Source of the DNA: the human T2T-CHM13v2.0 reference genome, Homo sapiens
Reading direction: 5' to 3' (one strand)
DNA length: 64,000 nt
NCBI RefSeq assembly: GCF_009914755.1
Contig: NC_060932.1
The notes under the pieces were generated by a model that saw only the letters and a list, made by a program, of their open reading frames with translations, did not search any database and was not told the origin of the DNA. Each line of letters starts with the position of its first letter. The stretch's first letter is position 1. Made by a program: the position numbers and the translations under genes. Below, piece after piece: positions 37,041 through 52,557 of this stretch.

Positions 37041-38790
37041 GATTCCTGGTTGTCACAGAAGATGGTGATGTGACTGGTGGAAAGATATCAACAAACAGAA
37101 TGTAACGTTTCATATATGGCAAAGGCTATGGAGACTTTTGGAGAACTTGTGTTATTTTGTATCTGAAGCTTTTCTGATAGGGCTTCTCCATTTAAAATGT
37201 ACACTGTATTTCCCTGATTTACTTTTCTGAGTATTAACTCTTTTAAATGTAACTCAGATATTATTTTTTCCAGAAGACCCCACTGCCGCTAGGTTAGGTG
37301 CTTTCTTCTGTGTTTTCATAGCTCTTTGTACATCTCAGTCATTATCATGTGTTCTATTAAAAAAATGTGAAATAAGTGCTCCATGTTAACACAGATTTCG
37401 AAAACAAACACAATTTACTTTGGAATTTCTCAAAATCTTTAATGTGCTAAAGTGGATCAGCATTCTCCAAGAGACAGCTATAGTATGAAGGATTTTCCAA
37501 ACAACACTGAACCATTTTTGGAGCTATTTGTTTTAAATTTCCAGTTTCTTGCTTTTTCATTCTTATATCAGTTGTGTAAGTATGTGTGTGTGTGCAAGTG
37601 CTGTTGTCTTTTGTTGTTCTGATATTACATAAATTTATAGTCATCTTGTCTTTGCTCTTGAGTTTTTTATGTTTCAATTTGTTGAATTTGGTGCACAGTT
37701 TGCGTGATTTTTTTTTATTCAAACCTTTATGACGTTCTCGTTTCTGTATTTGAGCTTCCCTGTTGACTTGTTTGTGAATACTTACTGTTTGCCATAGTCT
37801 GCTTCTGGTGATGAAGAATAAGAATGACGAGTCCTTAGGTAGGGCAAGTTGATAGTTATCTTCTGGAAAAGGAGGCTTCCTGGGGAGTCAGTAGCTGTCA
37901 TGGGGTTAGTAACTTCCTGAGGAGTCTCCGCTAGCTTAGAGGCTGTCTCTGTGTTAATCTGAATGCAAATATTACTGCTATTTACCAGCAACAAGCTGGA
38001 AACAAGCTAGGAAAAGAGGCTAATTCCCTAGCCTACCTGCTGCTCCACGAATGTCACCCTGTTGATTAATTACTCTGAGAAATGCTCCTGACCTGCCTTC
38101 TTCCCCCCAAACTCTTAGTTTGCATTGACCTGGTTCAAGGGCTTAGAGGACCTTCAAACTGCTCCAAACTTTATATTGGACTTATGTTTTGGATTGTGAT
38201 TTTTTTCCTTGTTTACTTTCTTTTTCTTCTTTTTTTTTTAAATGTTCACTCCTTTCTTACATGTAATCCTTTCTGTTTGTCAGTTTGCTCAAAATTTATC
38301 TGTATATGGTAGTTTTTGCTTTTCAGCACTGTTATGGATTTGCTTTTTAAAAATCTGTTTTGTACTTCTATCAAAACATCACAAGTACCCCATAAATATG
38401 TATAACTATTATGTATCCATAATAATTAAAAATAAAAAATCTGTTTTGATTTTTTTATCTAAATCATAGAGATTTAGATAGGATGTTTGTCTGTCTGTTC
38501 TCCATCTATTCTAAGCACTTGAATCTTTTATTTGCAAGATTCACCTATAAACGTTACTTGAGTTACCCAACACTGAGGGAAATGCATGACATCATTATCT
38601 TGAATTGATCTTTTTAGTAACTTGAGTTTCTCATCACACTGTATGCTCATTCAGAGCACAAAACACCCCATATTCATCTCTGTATTTCCATTTCCTTGCA
38701 GGATGCTGGATATATGGTTGGTGTTCAGTTAAACTGAGTCTTATGAAATCAAACTAAATATAAACATAAATACAAAATATAAACTAAGTG

Positions 38791-39128
<338 letters not shown>

Positions 39129-39883
39129 ATATAAACTAAGTGATAAATTATTGTTTATTCTGTAAAAGGAAGCTTCAGAAATAGTGCCTCTGTTGCATTT
39201 TTAAATCTTTTAAAATTGATACATGATAGCTGTACAAACACTAGGTCTTATTTCTTTTATCAACTGTATATTTAAACTCACTAATTAATTTCATTTCCCC
39301 TCCTGTTTACCCTTCCTAGTGTCTGGAACCATCACGCTACTTTCTTTCTTTGTGGATCTACTTTTTTAGCTTTCACATATGCAATGTTTGTCTTTTTGTG
39401 TTTGGTTTATGTCACTTAACGTAATGACTTCCAGTTCCACTCATGTTGCTGTAAATGACAGGATTTCATCCTTTTTTATGGTGGGATAATATTCTGTTGT
39501 GTATTATGCCACATTTTCTTTATCCATTCATTTGTTGATGTGTACTTAAATTTATTACATATTTTGGCTGTTGTGAATAGTGCTGCAATAAACGTGGGAG
39601 TGCAGCTATCTCTTTGATTTTTTTTCTTTATTTTGGCAATATACCCAGTAGCAGAATTGCTGAATCATATGGCAGTTTCATTTTTTTTTTCAAGGTTCTA
39701 AAGGTGCAGAGATATTGTTAGTCTTTTGAGGAACCTCCATACTGTTCTCCATAGCAGACTCCAAATTAGTTGTACTAATTTACATTCCCACCAGCAGTAT
39801 ATCAGGGTTCCCCTGTCTCCAAATCCTTGCCAGCATTCGTTATTGCCTGGCTTTTTGATAAAAGTCTTTTTAGCTGGGGTAAA

Positions 39884-39886
<3 letters not shown>

Positions 39887-39915
<29 letters not shown>

Positions 39916-40030
39916 GGAGATAGGGTCCCACTGTTTGTTGCCCAGACTAATCTGGAACTCCTGGGCTCAAGGAGTCCCACTTCAGTCTTGCACGTAACTG
40001 GGTTTACAGGCGCACACCACCACACCCTGT
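39887..40030 (-). mobile_element. Alu monomer (FLAM-like) nested in L1
   Basis: Poly-T then a single Alu arm. Confidence 0.75.
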
Positions 40031-40157
40031 ATGCTGCTTTTGAGAAATGTTTGTTGAGATCTTTTGCCAATGTTTAAATCACATTATTTGTTTTTCTGCT
40101 TTTGAGTTGTTTGAACTCCTCATGTATTCGGTAGTTAATCCTTTGTCAGATGGATAG

Positions 40158-40525
<368 letters not shown>

Positions 40526-41030
40526 TGATGTAATCCCATTTATCTGTTTCTGCTTTAGATGCCTGTGCTTTTGAGGTCTTACACAAAATTGTTTGCCTAG
40601 AACAATGTACTGAAGCATTTCCTCAATGTTTTCTTCTAGTAGTTCCATAGTTTCAGGTCTTAGATTTAAGTCATTAATCCATTCTTATTTGATTTTTGTG
40701 TATGGTAAGAGATAGGGTCTAGTTTCATTCTTCAGCATATAGTTACCCAATTTTCCCAGCACCGTTTATTGAAAACATCATCCTTTCTCCGTTGTATGTT
40801 CTTGGTGCTTTTGTTAAGATGAGTTGGCTGTAAATTATATTTGGGTTCCTTGTTTTGCTCCATTGGTCTGTGTGTTTGTTTTTAGGCCAGTAGCATGTGA
40901 TTTGGTTACTATAACTTTGCAGTAAATTTTGAAGCTGGATAGATAGTGTGATGCCTCCAACCTTGTTCTTTTTGCTCAGAGTTGCTTCAGCTATTCAGGG
41001 TCTTGTGAGTCCATATAAATATTAGGATTA

Positions 41031-41243
41031 TGAACAGTGAAAACACATGGATACAGGGAGGGGAACATCACACACCGGGGCCTGTCAGGGGGCGTTAGGG
41101 GAGGGATAGCATTAGGAGAAATACCTAATGTAGGTGACGGGTTGATGGGTGCAGCAAACCACCATGGCACGTGTATACCTATGTAACAAAACTGCACATT
41201 CTGCACATGTACTCCAGAACCTAAAGTATAATTTGTAAAAAAA
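41031..41243 (+). mobile_element. L1PA 3' end fragment nested in the older L1, opposite orientation
   Basis: GGGAACATCACACACCGGGGCCTGT...GCAGCAAACCACCATGGCAC...CTAAAGTATAAT. Confidence 0.9.
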
Positions 41244-44200
41244 TTGTGATTGTTTCTATTTCTGTGAAGAATGTCATTGGTATTTTGCTAGGGATTGCTC
41301 CAAATCTGTAATTTGCTTTGGGTAGTATTGTCATTTTAATAGTATTTATTCCTCCAGCCACAAGCATGGAATATGTTTCCATTTTTTTTGTACATGTCCT
41401 CTTCAATTTCTTTCATCAGTGTTCTATAGTTTTCCTTGTTTAGATGTTTCACTTCTTAGGTAAAATTGTTTGCTAGGTATTTTATATTCTTTGTAACTAT
41501 TGTAACTAGGATTACTTTTTTCTTTAGATTGTTTATTGTTAGCATATGTAAATGCCACTAATTTTTGTATGTTAATTTTGTATCCTGCAACTTTACTGAA
41601 TTGGTTTATCATTTCTAACAGGTTTTTTGTTTGTCTGTTTTTTTGGTGGGGTCTTTAGGTTTTTCCAGTCGTAACATTGTGTCATCCGCGAACAAGGCTA
41701 ATTTAACTTCTCTTTTCCATTTTAGATGCTGTTTATTTCTATCTCTTGCCTAATTGCTCTGGCCAAGACTTCCACTATTATATTGGATAAAAGTTTGAAA
41801 GTGGGCATGCTTGTCTTATTCTAGATCTTAGAGGAAAGGCCTTCAGTTTTTCCACATTCACTATAATGTCAACTGTGGTTTGTTATATATGGCCTTTATT
41901 ATTTTGATGTATATTCCTTCTATACCCAGTTCGATGAGGGTTGTAATCACAAAGGATTTTATTGAGTGCTTTTTCAGCATCTGTTGAAACAATCATTTGT
42001 TTTTTGTTCTTGGTTCTCTTAATGGATATATCACATTTATTGATTTGCATATATATTGCACTGTCCTTGCATTCCTGGGGTAATACCACCTGATAATGGT
42101 GAATGATCTTTTTTAATGTTTTGTCGAATTTGGTTTGCTAGTATTTTGTTCAGGAGTTTTGTATGTATGTTAATCTGTAATATTGGCCTGTAGTTTTCTT
42201 TTTTCTTGTTTCTATGGGTGATGCTGATCTTGTAGAATGAGTTTGGAAGTAGTCCTTCTTCAATTTTTTTGAAGCATGAGTAGAATTGTTATTAGTTCTT
42301 TAAGTGTTTGGTAGAATTCACCAGCGAAGCTATCAGGTCCTCAGCTTTTCTTTGATGTGAGACTTTTTATTATGGCTTTAATCTCATTATTATTGGCTTA
42401 TTGAAGTTTTCTATTTTATCATGGTTTAATCTTAGTAGGTTGTATATGTCCGGCAATTTGTTCCTTTCTTTTAGGCTTTCCAGTTTTTTAGCATATAATT
42501 CATAGTGGTGCCTAATGATTCTTTATAGTTCTGTGGTCTCAGTTGTCACATCTTCTTTTTCATTGTGACTTCATTTATTTGGGTCTTCTCTCCTAGTTCA
42601 TCTAGCTAAAGGCTTGATGATTTTATCTTTTCAAATAACCAACTTTTCATTTTCTTGATCTTTTGTATTTTTGGTCTCAACTTCATTGATTTCTGCTCTG
42701 ATATTTATATTTTTTCTCCTTTTAGGTTTGGTTCTTCTCTAGTTCATCAAAGTGCATAATTGGGTTGTTTATTTGAAGTCTTTTTACTTTTTTGATACAG
42801 TCATTTATTGCTATAAACTTTCTTCTTTGTATCACTTTTGCTTTATCCCATAGATTTTGGTGTGTTCTATTTCCATTTTCATCTGTTTGAAGACTTTTTA
42901 AAATTTACTTTTTAATTTCTTTGTCACCCCATTGGCTGTTCAGTAGCATGTTTAATTTCCACGTGGTTGTGTAGTTTCTGAAGTTCCTCTTGTTATTGTT
43001 TTCTAGTTTTATTGCATTGTGGTCAGAAAACATACTTGATGTAATTTCTGATTTCTTTGAGTTTGTTCAGACTTGTTTTCTGGCCTAAGATATGTTCTGT
43101 TCTGGAGAATGTTCCATGTGCTGATGAAAAGAACATATTCTGCAGCAATTGAGTGCAGTGTTCTGTAAATGTCAATTAGGCCTATTAGGTCCAAAGTGAA
43201 GTTTAACTTTGGTGTTTCTTTATTGATTTTCTGTCTGGATGATCTTTGCATTACTGATAGTAGAGTGAAAGTCCCCTATAGTTAACGTATTGCAATCTGT
43301 CTTTCTCTTTAGGTTCATTAATGTTTGCTGTATGTACTTTGGAGCTCTGGTTTTGGGTGCATAGATATTTCTAATTGTTATATCTGCTTGCTGAATTGAC
43401 CCCTTTATCATTTTATATAGTGACCTTTGATTCTTTTTATAGTCTTTGATTTGTAGTCTGTTTTATTTGCTGTAAGTATAGCTGCTCCTGCTCCTTTTGG
43501 TTTCCAGTTGCATGAAATATCTTTTTCTACTCCTTCACTTTCAGTCTACGTGTGTCTTTTTATATGAAGTGGGTTTCTTGTAGGCAACATATTCTTGGGT
43601 CTTGTTGCTTTATCCATTCAGCCACTTAATGCCTTTTAATTGGAGAATTTAGTCCATTACATTAATTATTGATAAGTAAGGACTTCTTCCATTTTGTTGA
43701 TTGTTTTCTGGTTGTTCTTAATCTCCTCTCTTCCTTTCTTACTATCTTCCTTTGTAGGTAAGTGACTTTCTTTGGTAGTATGTTTTAATTTGTTGCTTTT
43801 TTATGTTTAGTGAATCTACTATAGGTTTTTGCACTGTGGTTTTCATGAGGTTTACAAAAAACATATATGTAATAAGTTATTTCAAAGAGACAATAACTTA
43901 GATCACAAAGAAAAGAACAGAAACAAAAATATTTATGCCTTAATTCCTTCTCCCCAACATTTTGACTTTTAATTGTCTCAATTTACAGATTTTTATATTA
44001 CCTATCTCTTAACAGGTGGTTGTAGCTATTGTTGTTTTTGATAGATTTTTATTTTGGGCCTCATACTGGAATTATAAGTGGATTGCACACCATAATTACA
44101 GTATTAGAGGATTCTGGGTTTCTCTGTGTATTTAATTTTACCAGTGGATTTCATGCCTCCAGATGTTTTCTCTTTGCACATTAATTTTTTTTCTTTCAGA

Positions 44201-46169
44201 CTGATGAACTCCCTTTAGCATTTCTTATAAGATGGGTCTTGGGGTGAATTCTCCATGCTTTTATTTATGTGGGAAAGACTTTGATTCTCCTTCATATTTG
44301 AAAGATAACTTTGCTGGTTACAGTATTTTTGGATGGCAAGTTGTTTGTTTGTTTGTTCGTTTTTTCCTTTCAGCATTTGGAAAATGTTGTTCCACTCCCT
44401 TCTGGCCTATATGGTTCTCATTGAGAAGTCTGTTGCCAGACCAATTAGAGCTCCTTTTTATGTTGTTTCTTTCCTCTTGCTGATTTTAGGATCCTCTCTT
44501 TGTGCTTCACCTTTGAGAGTTTGATGATTATATGCCTAGGAGTAGCCTTATTTGTGTCAGATTTGTTCAGTGTATCTGACCTTCCAGTACCTGGATATTT
44601 ATGACTTTCTCAAGCTTTGGAAGTTTTTCTGTGACTATTTCTTGGAATAAGCTTTCTACCCATTCCTCTGGCTCAACTTCTTTTTGAACACCAGTAATTC
44701 TTAGATGTGGTCTTCTGAGGCAATATTCTGTATTTCGTAGGTGGTCTTCATTTCTTTTCAGTCTTTTTTCTTCTTTCTCTTACTGTGTATTTTCTAATAA
44801 CCTGTCTTCAGGTTTACTGATTGTTTCTTCTGCCTGATCCATTCTGCCATGGAGAGCCTCTAATGTATTTCAGTTCAGCAAACATATTTCTCAGTTCCAA
44901 CATTTCTGTTTAATTGTTTATTATTACTTAAATCTCTTTGTTAAATTTCTCTGATAAATTTCTGAATTTTTTGTTTTATCTTGGAGATCACTGAGTTTCC
45001 TTAAATCTACTATTTAAATTCTTGTTCAGAGAGCTTACATATTATTATCTCATTAGGGTCAGTCATTTGTTCTTTGTTTCATCCGCTTAGGGAAGTCAGG
45101 CTCCCTGTTTGCTCTTGTTTCCTGCGGATGTGCGTCTATGTCTTTACTTTGACGAATTAGTTATTTATTCTGGTCTTCTCTCTCTGGCTTGTTTTGGTTT
45201 TATTGAATGTATTTGCTTAAAGACTCTTTACTGTAAGGTTTCTGCCTCCTTTTTGGTTCTCAGTGGCACTTTAAACCCAGGTTTGCCTTGGCTCTAATAA
45301 GTACCTGGAGCAGTGCCCATCTCTAATGGGGGAGCTCCCAAAGGGGATATCCCAACAGTGTGGGAAGGCTGGCAAACGGTTCCTGCCCATGGTTTCTGTG
45401 GAATATATCTCCTACAACATGGAGCTGCTGAATAGGCACTCTGATTTGGTGTTTTCTTTGGCTGCAGACAGGGCAGTTTCCAGGGTTGAGGATGGTAGTC
45501 TTGCCTCTCCCCTTTGTCTCTGGCTGTCCTCAGGAATATTTCTCCCTTCAGTCCTCATGATGCTTCTGGTGAGTTGAGGCAGGGATGAGTCTCCTGCCAG
45601 GGAACCAAAAATGGTGGGAAAGCCGATTGTTCACCTCGATCTTACTTTTTCCAGTGTAGAAATCGTGAGTCGAGGGGAAATTTTTTGTATGCTTGATGCT
45701 GGGAAGATTGTGGGGAGAGGCATCACAGGTATGGAAGTCCGATTCTCTTACCATCTGCTCAGAGTTTTTTCACTTCTCTGTGGCCCTGAGAAGTGACTGA
45801 TCCTCATATTTGAGTTCTGGGATGTCGTTGGTGTTAATCTTAGTGTTACATATTTGTTGTTTTCTGTGACATTAAGTGAAGCCAGCTTGCTTCTGTGACA
45901 CCATTTTGGAACTTGAATTCTCTAAAGCATATTAAGGTCTATTTGTTTCCATTTGGGGGACTATCAAAGAAATGAGGATGCCAGTTAATCTATATTCTTA
46001 ATAACAAAGTGATATATTATTACAGCTTTATTTAGCCCCAACAAATTCAGAGCCACTGAGGTAAAACCATAGTAATTCTCTTCTCCCAGAGAAACTAGAA
46101 AATGAAATTATTAATTTGCAGGTCATTTAAATTTTCTCTTGTGGTGTGATTAAAATATTACTTTAAAGT

Positions 46170-46197
46170 ATGTGTGTGTGTGTGTGTGTGTGTGTGT
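46170..46197. repeat. (TG)n microsatellite
   Basis: Direct observation. Confidence 0.9.
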
Positions 46198-46377
46198 ATT
46201 TATGTTGAAAATAGTACCACTGTCAGTATAAAGATATGGTTATAAGAATGTTTATCAAAGTGTGGTTTGTAAGAATAAAAGCTGCAAACAATCTAAATAT
46301 CTAATAGTAGAAAATAGCTTAAATAATAGTATGACCATATACTACAACATTATGCAGCCATTAAAAATTATATTGTA

Positions 46378-46736
<359 letters not shown>

Positions 46737-47297
46737 TTACAAAATTGATGTACAGTGTAATTATATTTTTATTTTAAATGAGGCTATGAATGTGCAAAGA
46801 AGTTTAGAAGATTATAGAGCAATATGTTTACAGTGGTTTTTTGGCAACTTTTTTTTAATGAGAATGAATGTTTTGGAATAAGTTTTTTAAAAGTATTAAA
46901 ATAGCAACATTCAAAATCACATTTGTGATGAATATTCAGGGAATTATTCCTGTTTTAATTAAGTAAAACAAGTACTTATCTGTTGTTTAATGCAGCTAAT
47001 CAAAATGCATTTCTAGATTGCCATGATTAACTTGTTTTGGAATTTGTTGATGGTTCAGCTCTCATTAATATTATAAGTATCACCTTCTGTTATTTGTGAT
47101 ACTTAGTTTGTGAAGAAAACTCATAAAAAAAATTTTAGGAACTGTCATCAGTATAACTGGAGAAAATGAATTGGACATTTCTAACCAATTATTTAGATAA
47201 AAATTATTTAAATCAAATTTATTTTAATATGTTTTCAATGAAAATTTTCTATAAAAATCTGAACAATGTCTGAAAAACTGAGGAGTTAAAACTTCAT

Positions 47298-47555
47298 TGG
47301 AAGGCCAAGGCAGGTGGATCGCTTGAGGTCAGGAATTCGAGACCAGCCTAGCCAGCATGGTGAAACCCCTTATCTACAAAATATATATATAACCGGGTGT
47401 GGTGGCACACACCTGTAGTCCCAGCTACTCATGAGGCTGAGGCAAGAGAATTGCTTGAACCCAGGAGGCAGAAATTCTAGTGAGCCAAGATCGTGTCACC
47501 ACACTCCAGCCTGGGCAACAGAGCGAAACTCCGTGTCAAAAAGACAAACAAAAAA
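47298..47555 (+). mobile_element. 5'-truncated Alu
   Basis: Alu dimer lacking the first ~35 nt. Confidence 0.85.
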
Positions 47556-47609
47556 CTTTAATACTATAAATCTAGAGAGGGACCAACCTCCATGTTCTAC
47601 ATGCCTATT

Positions 47610-47840
47610 TAATAATAGCTAACATTTATTGAACACTTATTTGCCTGGTACTGTGTTGGGGGATTTACATGCATTATTTTGCGTAATCTAACAAATCTTT
47701 TAGGTGGGTAGATTTTTTTTAACATCTCCCTTTCCCATTTGAGAGAAAAGGCTTAACTTACCCATGACAGTAAATAAATGGTAAAGACAGGATTTGAACC
47801 CAGGAAGCCTGACTTGAGAGGCAGTGCTGTTAATCACTAA
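47610..47840 (-). mobile_element. MIR
   Basis: AATAATAGCTAACATTTATTGAACAC...GGATTTGAACCCAGG. Confidence 0.75.
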
Positions 47841-48469
47841 GATGCTCTAGTTGACTTTGAATTGGTGGATGCTTTTGTGACCAGTATTTATTTCCTTGAA
47901 CAATGACCTCTTCAGGTTCTAAAATAATGTAGAGGAATAAAAAATTTAGGCCATTCTGTTGATTATGTGGTGTTCATACAAGGGAGGAGGTTTTTCAGTC
48001 CAAACCTAATTCCCAAAGAAAAACTTCCAGAAAAACTGTTCAAGTCCTAATATTGAGTGTCCACTTGAGTCTTTTCTTAATCGTTTTTTCTAAGTGATAA
48101 CTCCATTCCTTAGGATATCAGAGAGGAAAGCTTATCTACATCTACAGTTTTTCTGTAACTCCATCCCAACACTTTTGAATCTTTTAAGCTATCTTAAGAT
48201 TTACATATCCTAGAGTCTGGGTTTTTATCAAAGGACCAAAAACAGGGAAATAAGAGGTTTTATAAAGCTGTTAGAAGAAGCATCCAAAAGAACAAAAAGC
48301 AAATCATTAGTCATAAGCTAGATCTTTGAAGGGTATTCATGCTTGAAGAAGTTTCATGTTCATTTCAATATTAAGCTTCCTCTGCAACCTCACCTCATTA
48401 ATACTACTTAGCATTTTCCCCCTTGGAAATATCATGAATATTGGTTAGAATTTCAAGTGAGCCCCCAAA

Positions 48470-49055
48470 AGACTTGCTTAGTGTATTATAGTTGTAATAA
48501 TATATGCCTGCAAATAACAATAAAACAAACTTATGAATGTAGAATGTTAAAGTATCAGGGACTTAGAAGCCAAGAATTATATTACCTGCCAATACCAAAG
48601 ACCCAAGAATGGTGGCTAAAACAAGATAAAAGTTTATTTTTCTCACACATAAAGCAAATTCAGAGTTTGACAGTTGCATAGTCATCAAGGACCCAAGCTA
48701 CTTCTTTCTTTCTGCCTAGCTTTCCTTAGTGCATGGCTTCAATTCTCAGAGTCACTCATGGTGGAAAATGGCTATTAGAAGTCTAGTTCCTAGATCCAAG
48801 GAGGAAGTAGAAGGAAGGCAGGAAGGGCAAAATGGGCTCATATCAGTTGTCTATTATTTTGTTCCCTTTAAGATATTTTCCTACAATTTCTCCCTACAAC
48901 TTTCCTGTACATTCTACTGGATGGGATTTAAGTCTATAGCAACAACTAGCTATAAGAACTAACTAGAACATTGCTACCCAGAATAAAATCAGGCTTCTCT
49001 ACTTAGAAAAAAGGGGATATTTGTTTTTGGAAAGCAGCCAGCATCCTCTGTCATA
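48470..49055 (-). mobile_element. Old MaLR LTR (MLT1-like)
   Basis: GGTGGCTAAAACAAGATAAAAGTTTATTTTTCTCAC, GTCATCAAGGACCCAAGC, ends TCTGTCATA. Confidence 0.55.
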
Positions 49056-49503
49056 AGATTGTAGGATGCGTCTCATCTAGACTTTTAAGTTCAAGCTGTT
49101 AAGACCCAGACTTCCCCAGCTGCCGATATTGCTTAATAGTGGCAGTTAAAACCCAGATGGATTGCTCATCTGTATTAACCGGAGAGCACACAATTGCTTC
49201 TGCTAATGGTAAATTGGATAGAGTGATAGTAAAACAGTGTAGCATTAATGAAGAGTTTTTTCTTGCCTCTTTACATCATCATCCCCCTTCCCCTGGATAG
49301 TTTAGAATGTTACTGTGTGCTTAGATGATGAGCCTTTCTAACTATGATCATTTTCCTTCCCCTCAAGATACAAGTTATGCTGGCTATCCAGATTCTGTGA
49401 TTAAAAATAAAGGTAGTTTTAGTAGATTCTAGCACTTAACATTGGTTTTTAACAATAATGGTTTCATGACTTTGGGTAAATTTTTTAAAATTTTCTCCTG
49501 CAG

Positions 49504-49578
49504 TATAGCCGAAATACAGAAAGATGTGGAATACAGATTGCCATTCACCATAAACAACCTGACAATTAACATTAATAT
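49504..49578 (+). CDS. VPS37A: VPS37A exon 2 (IAEIQKDVEYRLPFTINNLTINI)
   Basis: ctgcAG|T...AT|GTGAGT; 75 nt, frame consistent. Confidence 0.95.
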
Positions 49579-50363
49579 GTGAGTAGAATTGTATCCTACT
49601 TTTTCATGTAAAAGGACTTAACAGTTTTTTTATTGTTTCTTAGTTATTAGAAATAAACTTTTAAGGTGAACTTATTTCAAGTAACTATAATTTATAAAAT
49701 AGTGCACAATTCAGTGAAATAAAAATATTCGAAAGCTATCACTGTTATAGTGTTATAAGAAAGAAACTAGAAAAGAGGAAATGCAATAAAAATGTGTAAT
49801 ACTAATTCTGAGTACTGTAATTGTTTTTATTGATAAGCACTAAAATCTTAGCAGGAGGTATGCTGAAAAATGATAATAAAAAACAAAGGGGTTATATATA
49901 TAAAGCCGTTAGAGATAGATTCACCTTTAAATCAGAAACAAGTTAAAATATTCCAAATTTCAGCAACAGATATACTACATCAACCAGAAAGTTCAAGATT
50001 AGATTTGATTTGCTGATCATTTTTAAGAAAAACAAAAAAGTTAAAAGTATAATTATGAGGGTTTTACTTAAGTTACAAAAAGTTGGACAAAGTGATTGCT
50101 GAAGTAGCAATTTAGCCTTAAATGCAGCTATGAGGCTGTAGTGTGAAAAGGCTGTGATTACCTGAGGTTACATTAAGTGGCTGCTGCTAGAGCAAGTGTT
50201 TGAGCCAGATAAGAAGGCACCTAACTTGAAGACAGGAACCTTATCATATTCACCTTCACGTTCTCCTTGCCAGCATACTGCCTGTACATAGGAGACCTTA
50301 TTAAATACTAATGAGTGAATTAAAGCATGAATATATAAGTGCTGTGTTAACGATATATATGAG

Positions 50364-50656
50364 CTTTTTTATTTATTTACTTATTTTTGAGACGGAGCCT
50401 CCCTCTGTCGCCCAGACTGGAGTGCAGTGGCACAATCTTGGCCACTGCAACCTCCGCCTCCCGGGTTCAAGCGATTCTCCTGCCTCAGCTTCTTGAGTAG
50501 CTGGGATTACAGGCACGCCCCACCATGCCCGGCTAATTTTTGAATTTTCAGTAGAGACGAGGTTTCACCATGTTGGTCAGGCTGGTCTCGAACTCCTGAC
50601 CTCGTGATACACCCGCCTCGGCCTCCCAAAGTGCTGGAATTACAGGCGTATGTGAG
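50364..50656 (-). mobile_element. AluS
   Basis: Antisense Alu dimer. Confidence 0.9.
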
Positions 50657-51065
50657 CTTTTTGAATCCTCACAGCAGCCTTGCAAATTAGGGCAAATTAC
50701 AGAAACACGGTTAGTAAGTAGCATAGTCAAGATACAAACTGGGCTCCAAAGGCCATTTAGTGCCTTTTTTACCAAACTAGTTTTAAAATCTTCAGCTTTG
50801 TAAATGAAGTAGTTTTATCTCTCATCAAATGACCAGGTAAAGCTAAGCAGGAGAGGCCAACAAGGACCCAGTTTTCTTTTCAACAGTATGACCAACAAAT
50901 AGTTGTCTGAACCATCAGGGGAACAAAGAGACAATTCAAAGTAAAATATTCTTGAGTTTTAGAGATTTGGAAACAGGGTTTCATATCCAGTAAACTCTCA
51001 TTTTTAAGATTTCACTCACTAATCTTGGTTTTGTAGTAGTTCAAAAAAGGTTAAAATTTCTGCTT

Positions 51066-51087
51066 GTGTGTGTGTGTGTGTGTGTGT
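51066..51087. repeat. (TG)n microsatellite
   Basis: Direct observation. Confidence 0.85.
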
Positions 51088-51282
51088 TGAAAATATACTG
51101 TTCTTTACGTGAAACCATGTGATTGACCTCTAACTTGGGAGAGATGTGTCATTTGGGGCATTTAGAAGGGAGCCGTGTAGAACCAAGTCTTGATGACAGC
51201 TACATTGTTTCAATCCTCCTACTTTACATTTTATCCTCTTTAGAAATACAGTAAATAGTGAAATAATGTTTCACAGCATGTT

Positions 51283-51427
51283 ATTTATTTTTATCTTACT
51301 TTAGTTTTTCAAAGATGAGGTCTCACTGTGTTGCCCAGGCTGGACTTGAACTCCTGGGCTCAAGTGGCTCTCCTGCCTTAGCCTCCCAAGTAACTGGGAC
51401 TACAGGCATGCACCACCATGCCCAGCC
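51283..51427 (-). mobile_element. FLAM Alu monomer
   Basis: Single antisense Alu arm. Confidence 0.8.
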
Positions 51428-51858
51428 GTGACAGCATTCTCAAAGTAGAAAAACCACAGAAAATTATATGGCTAGAACCTGTGGTCCAATAAATAGCCAG
51501 ACTGGACTAGTATGGTTCACCTGATAAAAATGCCTGATCTAATTTCTACCTAAGATTTTGTATAGCTTGGTATATTGTGTTTGAAAGCAACTAATTGGCA
51601 TGATGTGAAGAATATTCTATAATTCATGTCCATATTTCACATTAAGATTTTACTGCGTTGAATGACTAGTCTTGTTACCAAATTTTAGTCTTAAACATAT
51701 TTTCAGACAACACCATAATAGAGCACTTATTACTAAATGACCCATATCAAAGTGTGAAAATTTAATTTACTTTTAAATAGCTTTGTTTTAAGATTTTGAC
51801 CATATAATGTACCTTTGTTATCTTTGTTTTTGTTTTTCATCTGTTCTACCTCTACCAG

Positions 51859-51973
51859 ATTGCTTCCTCCACAGTTTCCTCAGGAAAAACCAGTGATCAG
51901 TGTTTATCCACCAATACGACATCACTTAATGGATAAACAAGGAGTGTATGTTACCTCTCCATTAGTAAACAAT
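51859..51973 (+). CDS. VPS37A: VPS37A exon 3 (LLPPQFPQEKPVISVYPP...SPLVNN)
   Basis: taccAG|A...AAT|GTATGT; 115 nt. Confidence 0.95.
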
Positions 51974-52456
51974 GTATGTATATGGGATAATTTATTTCAG
52001 GGTAATATAATAGGTGTATTACTTTTCTACTAAATATTTTAGAAATCTGAAATGCATTTAAAGTTTCATTTTGTCATGAGTACTTTTTTTAAAAATTGAA
52101 TATTTAAGACTACGCCTTAAAGTTCTTACAATATGATATGGTTGATTGTGAAAGATTATAACTTCCATATACTCTAGTATTTACCTTTGAACCCTCAAAT
52201 TATTGTAAATAGTCAAGTAAGGAAATATTTTGGCTCCATTTTTTATTCAATGGACTTTTAACCTGTTTACTAATCACCAGATATTTATGGTATCGATTCT
52301 ATAAGAAAATGCTATAACTTGTTAATTGCTAATATCCTTTTTCATTTAATTCTTGACCTGCAAAAGTAAGTTAATATTTAGAGTGACATTATCCTAATGA
52401 GACTTTATAATCTTTTTCTGGAAGTGATTTTAAGCGTCATGTATTGTTACTTTCAG

Positions 52457-52557
52457 TTTACAATGCACTCAGATCTTGGAAAAATTATTCAGAGTCTGTT
52501 GGATGAGTTTTGGAAGAATCCTCCAGTTTTAGCTCCTACTTCAACAGCATTTCCTTA
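52457..52557 (+). CDS. VPS37A: VPS37A exon 4 (FTMHSDLGKIIQSLLDEFWKNPPVLAPTSTAFP)
   Basis: tttcAG|TTT...TA|GTAAGT; 101 nt. Confidence 0.95.

Noticed and set aside
41221-43411. ORFs with endonuclease/RT-like similarity
   Set aside because: Broken L1 ORF2 remnants; no intact reading frame
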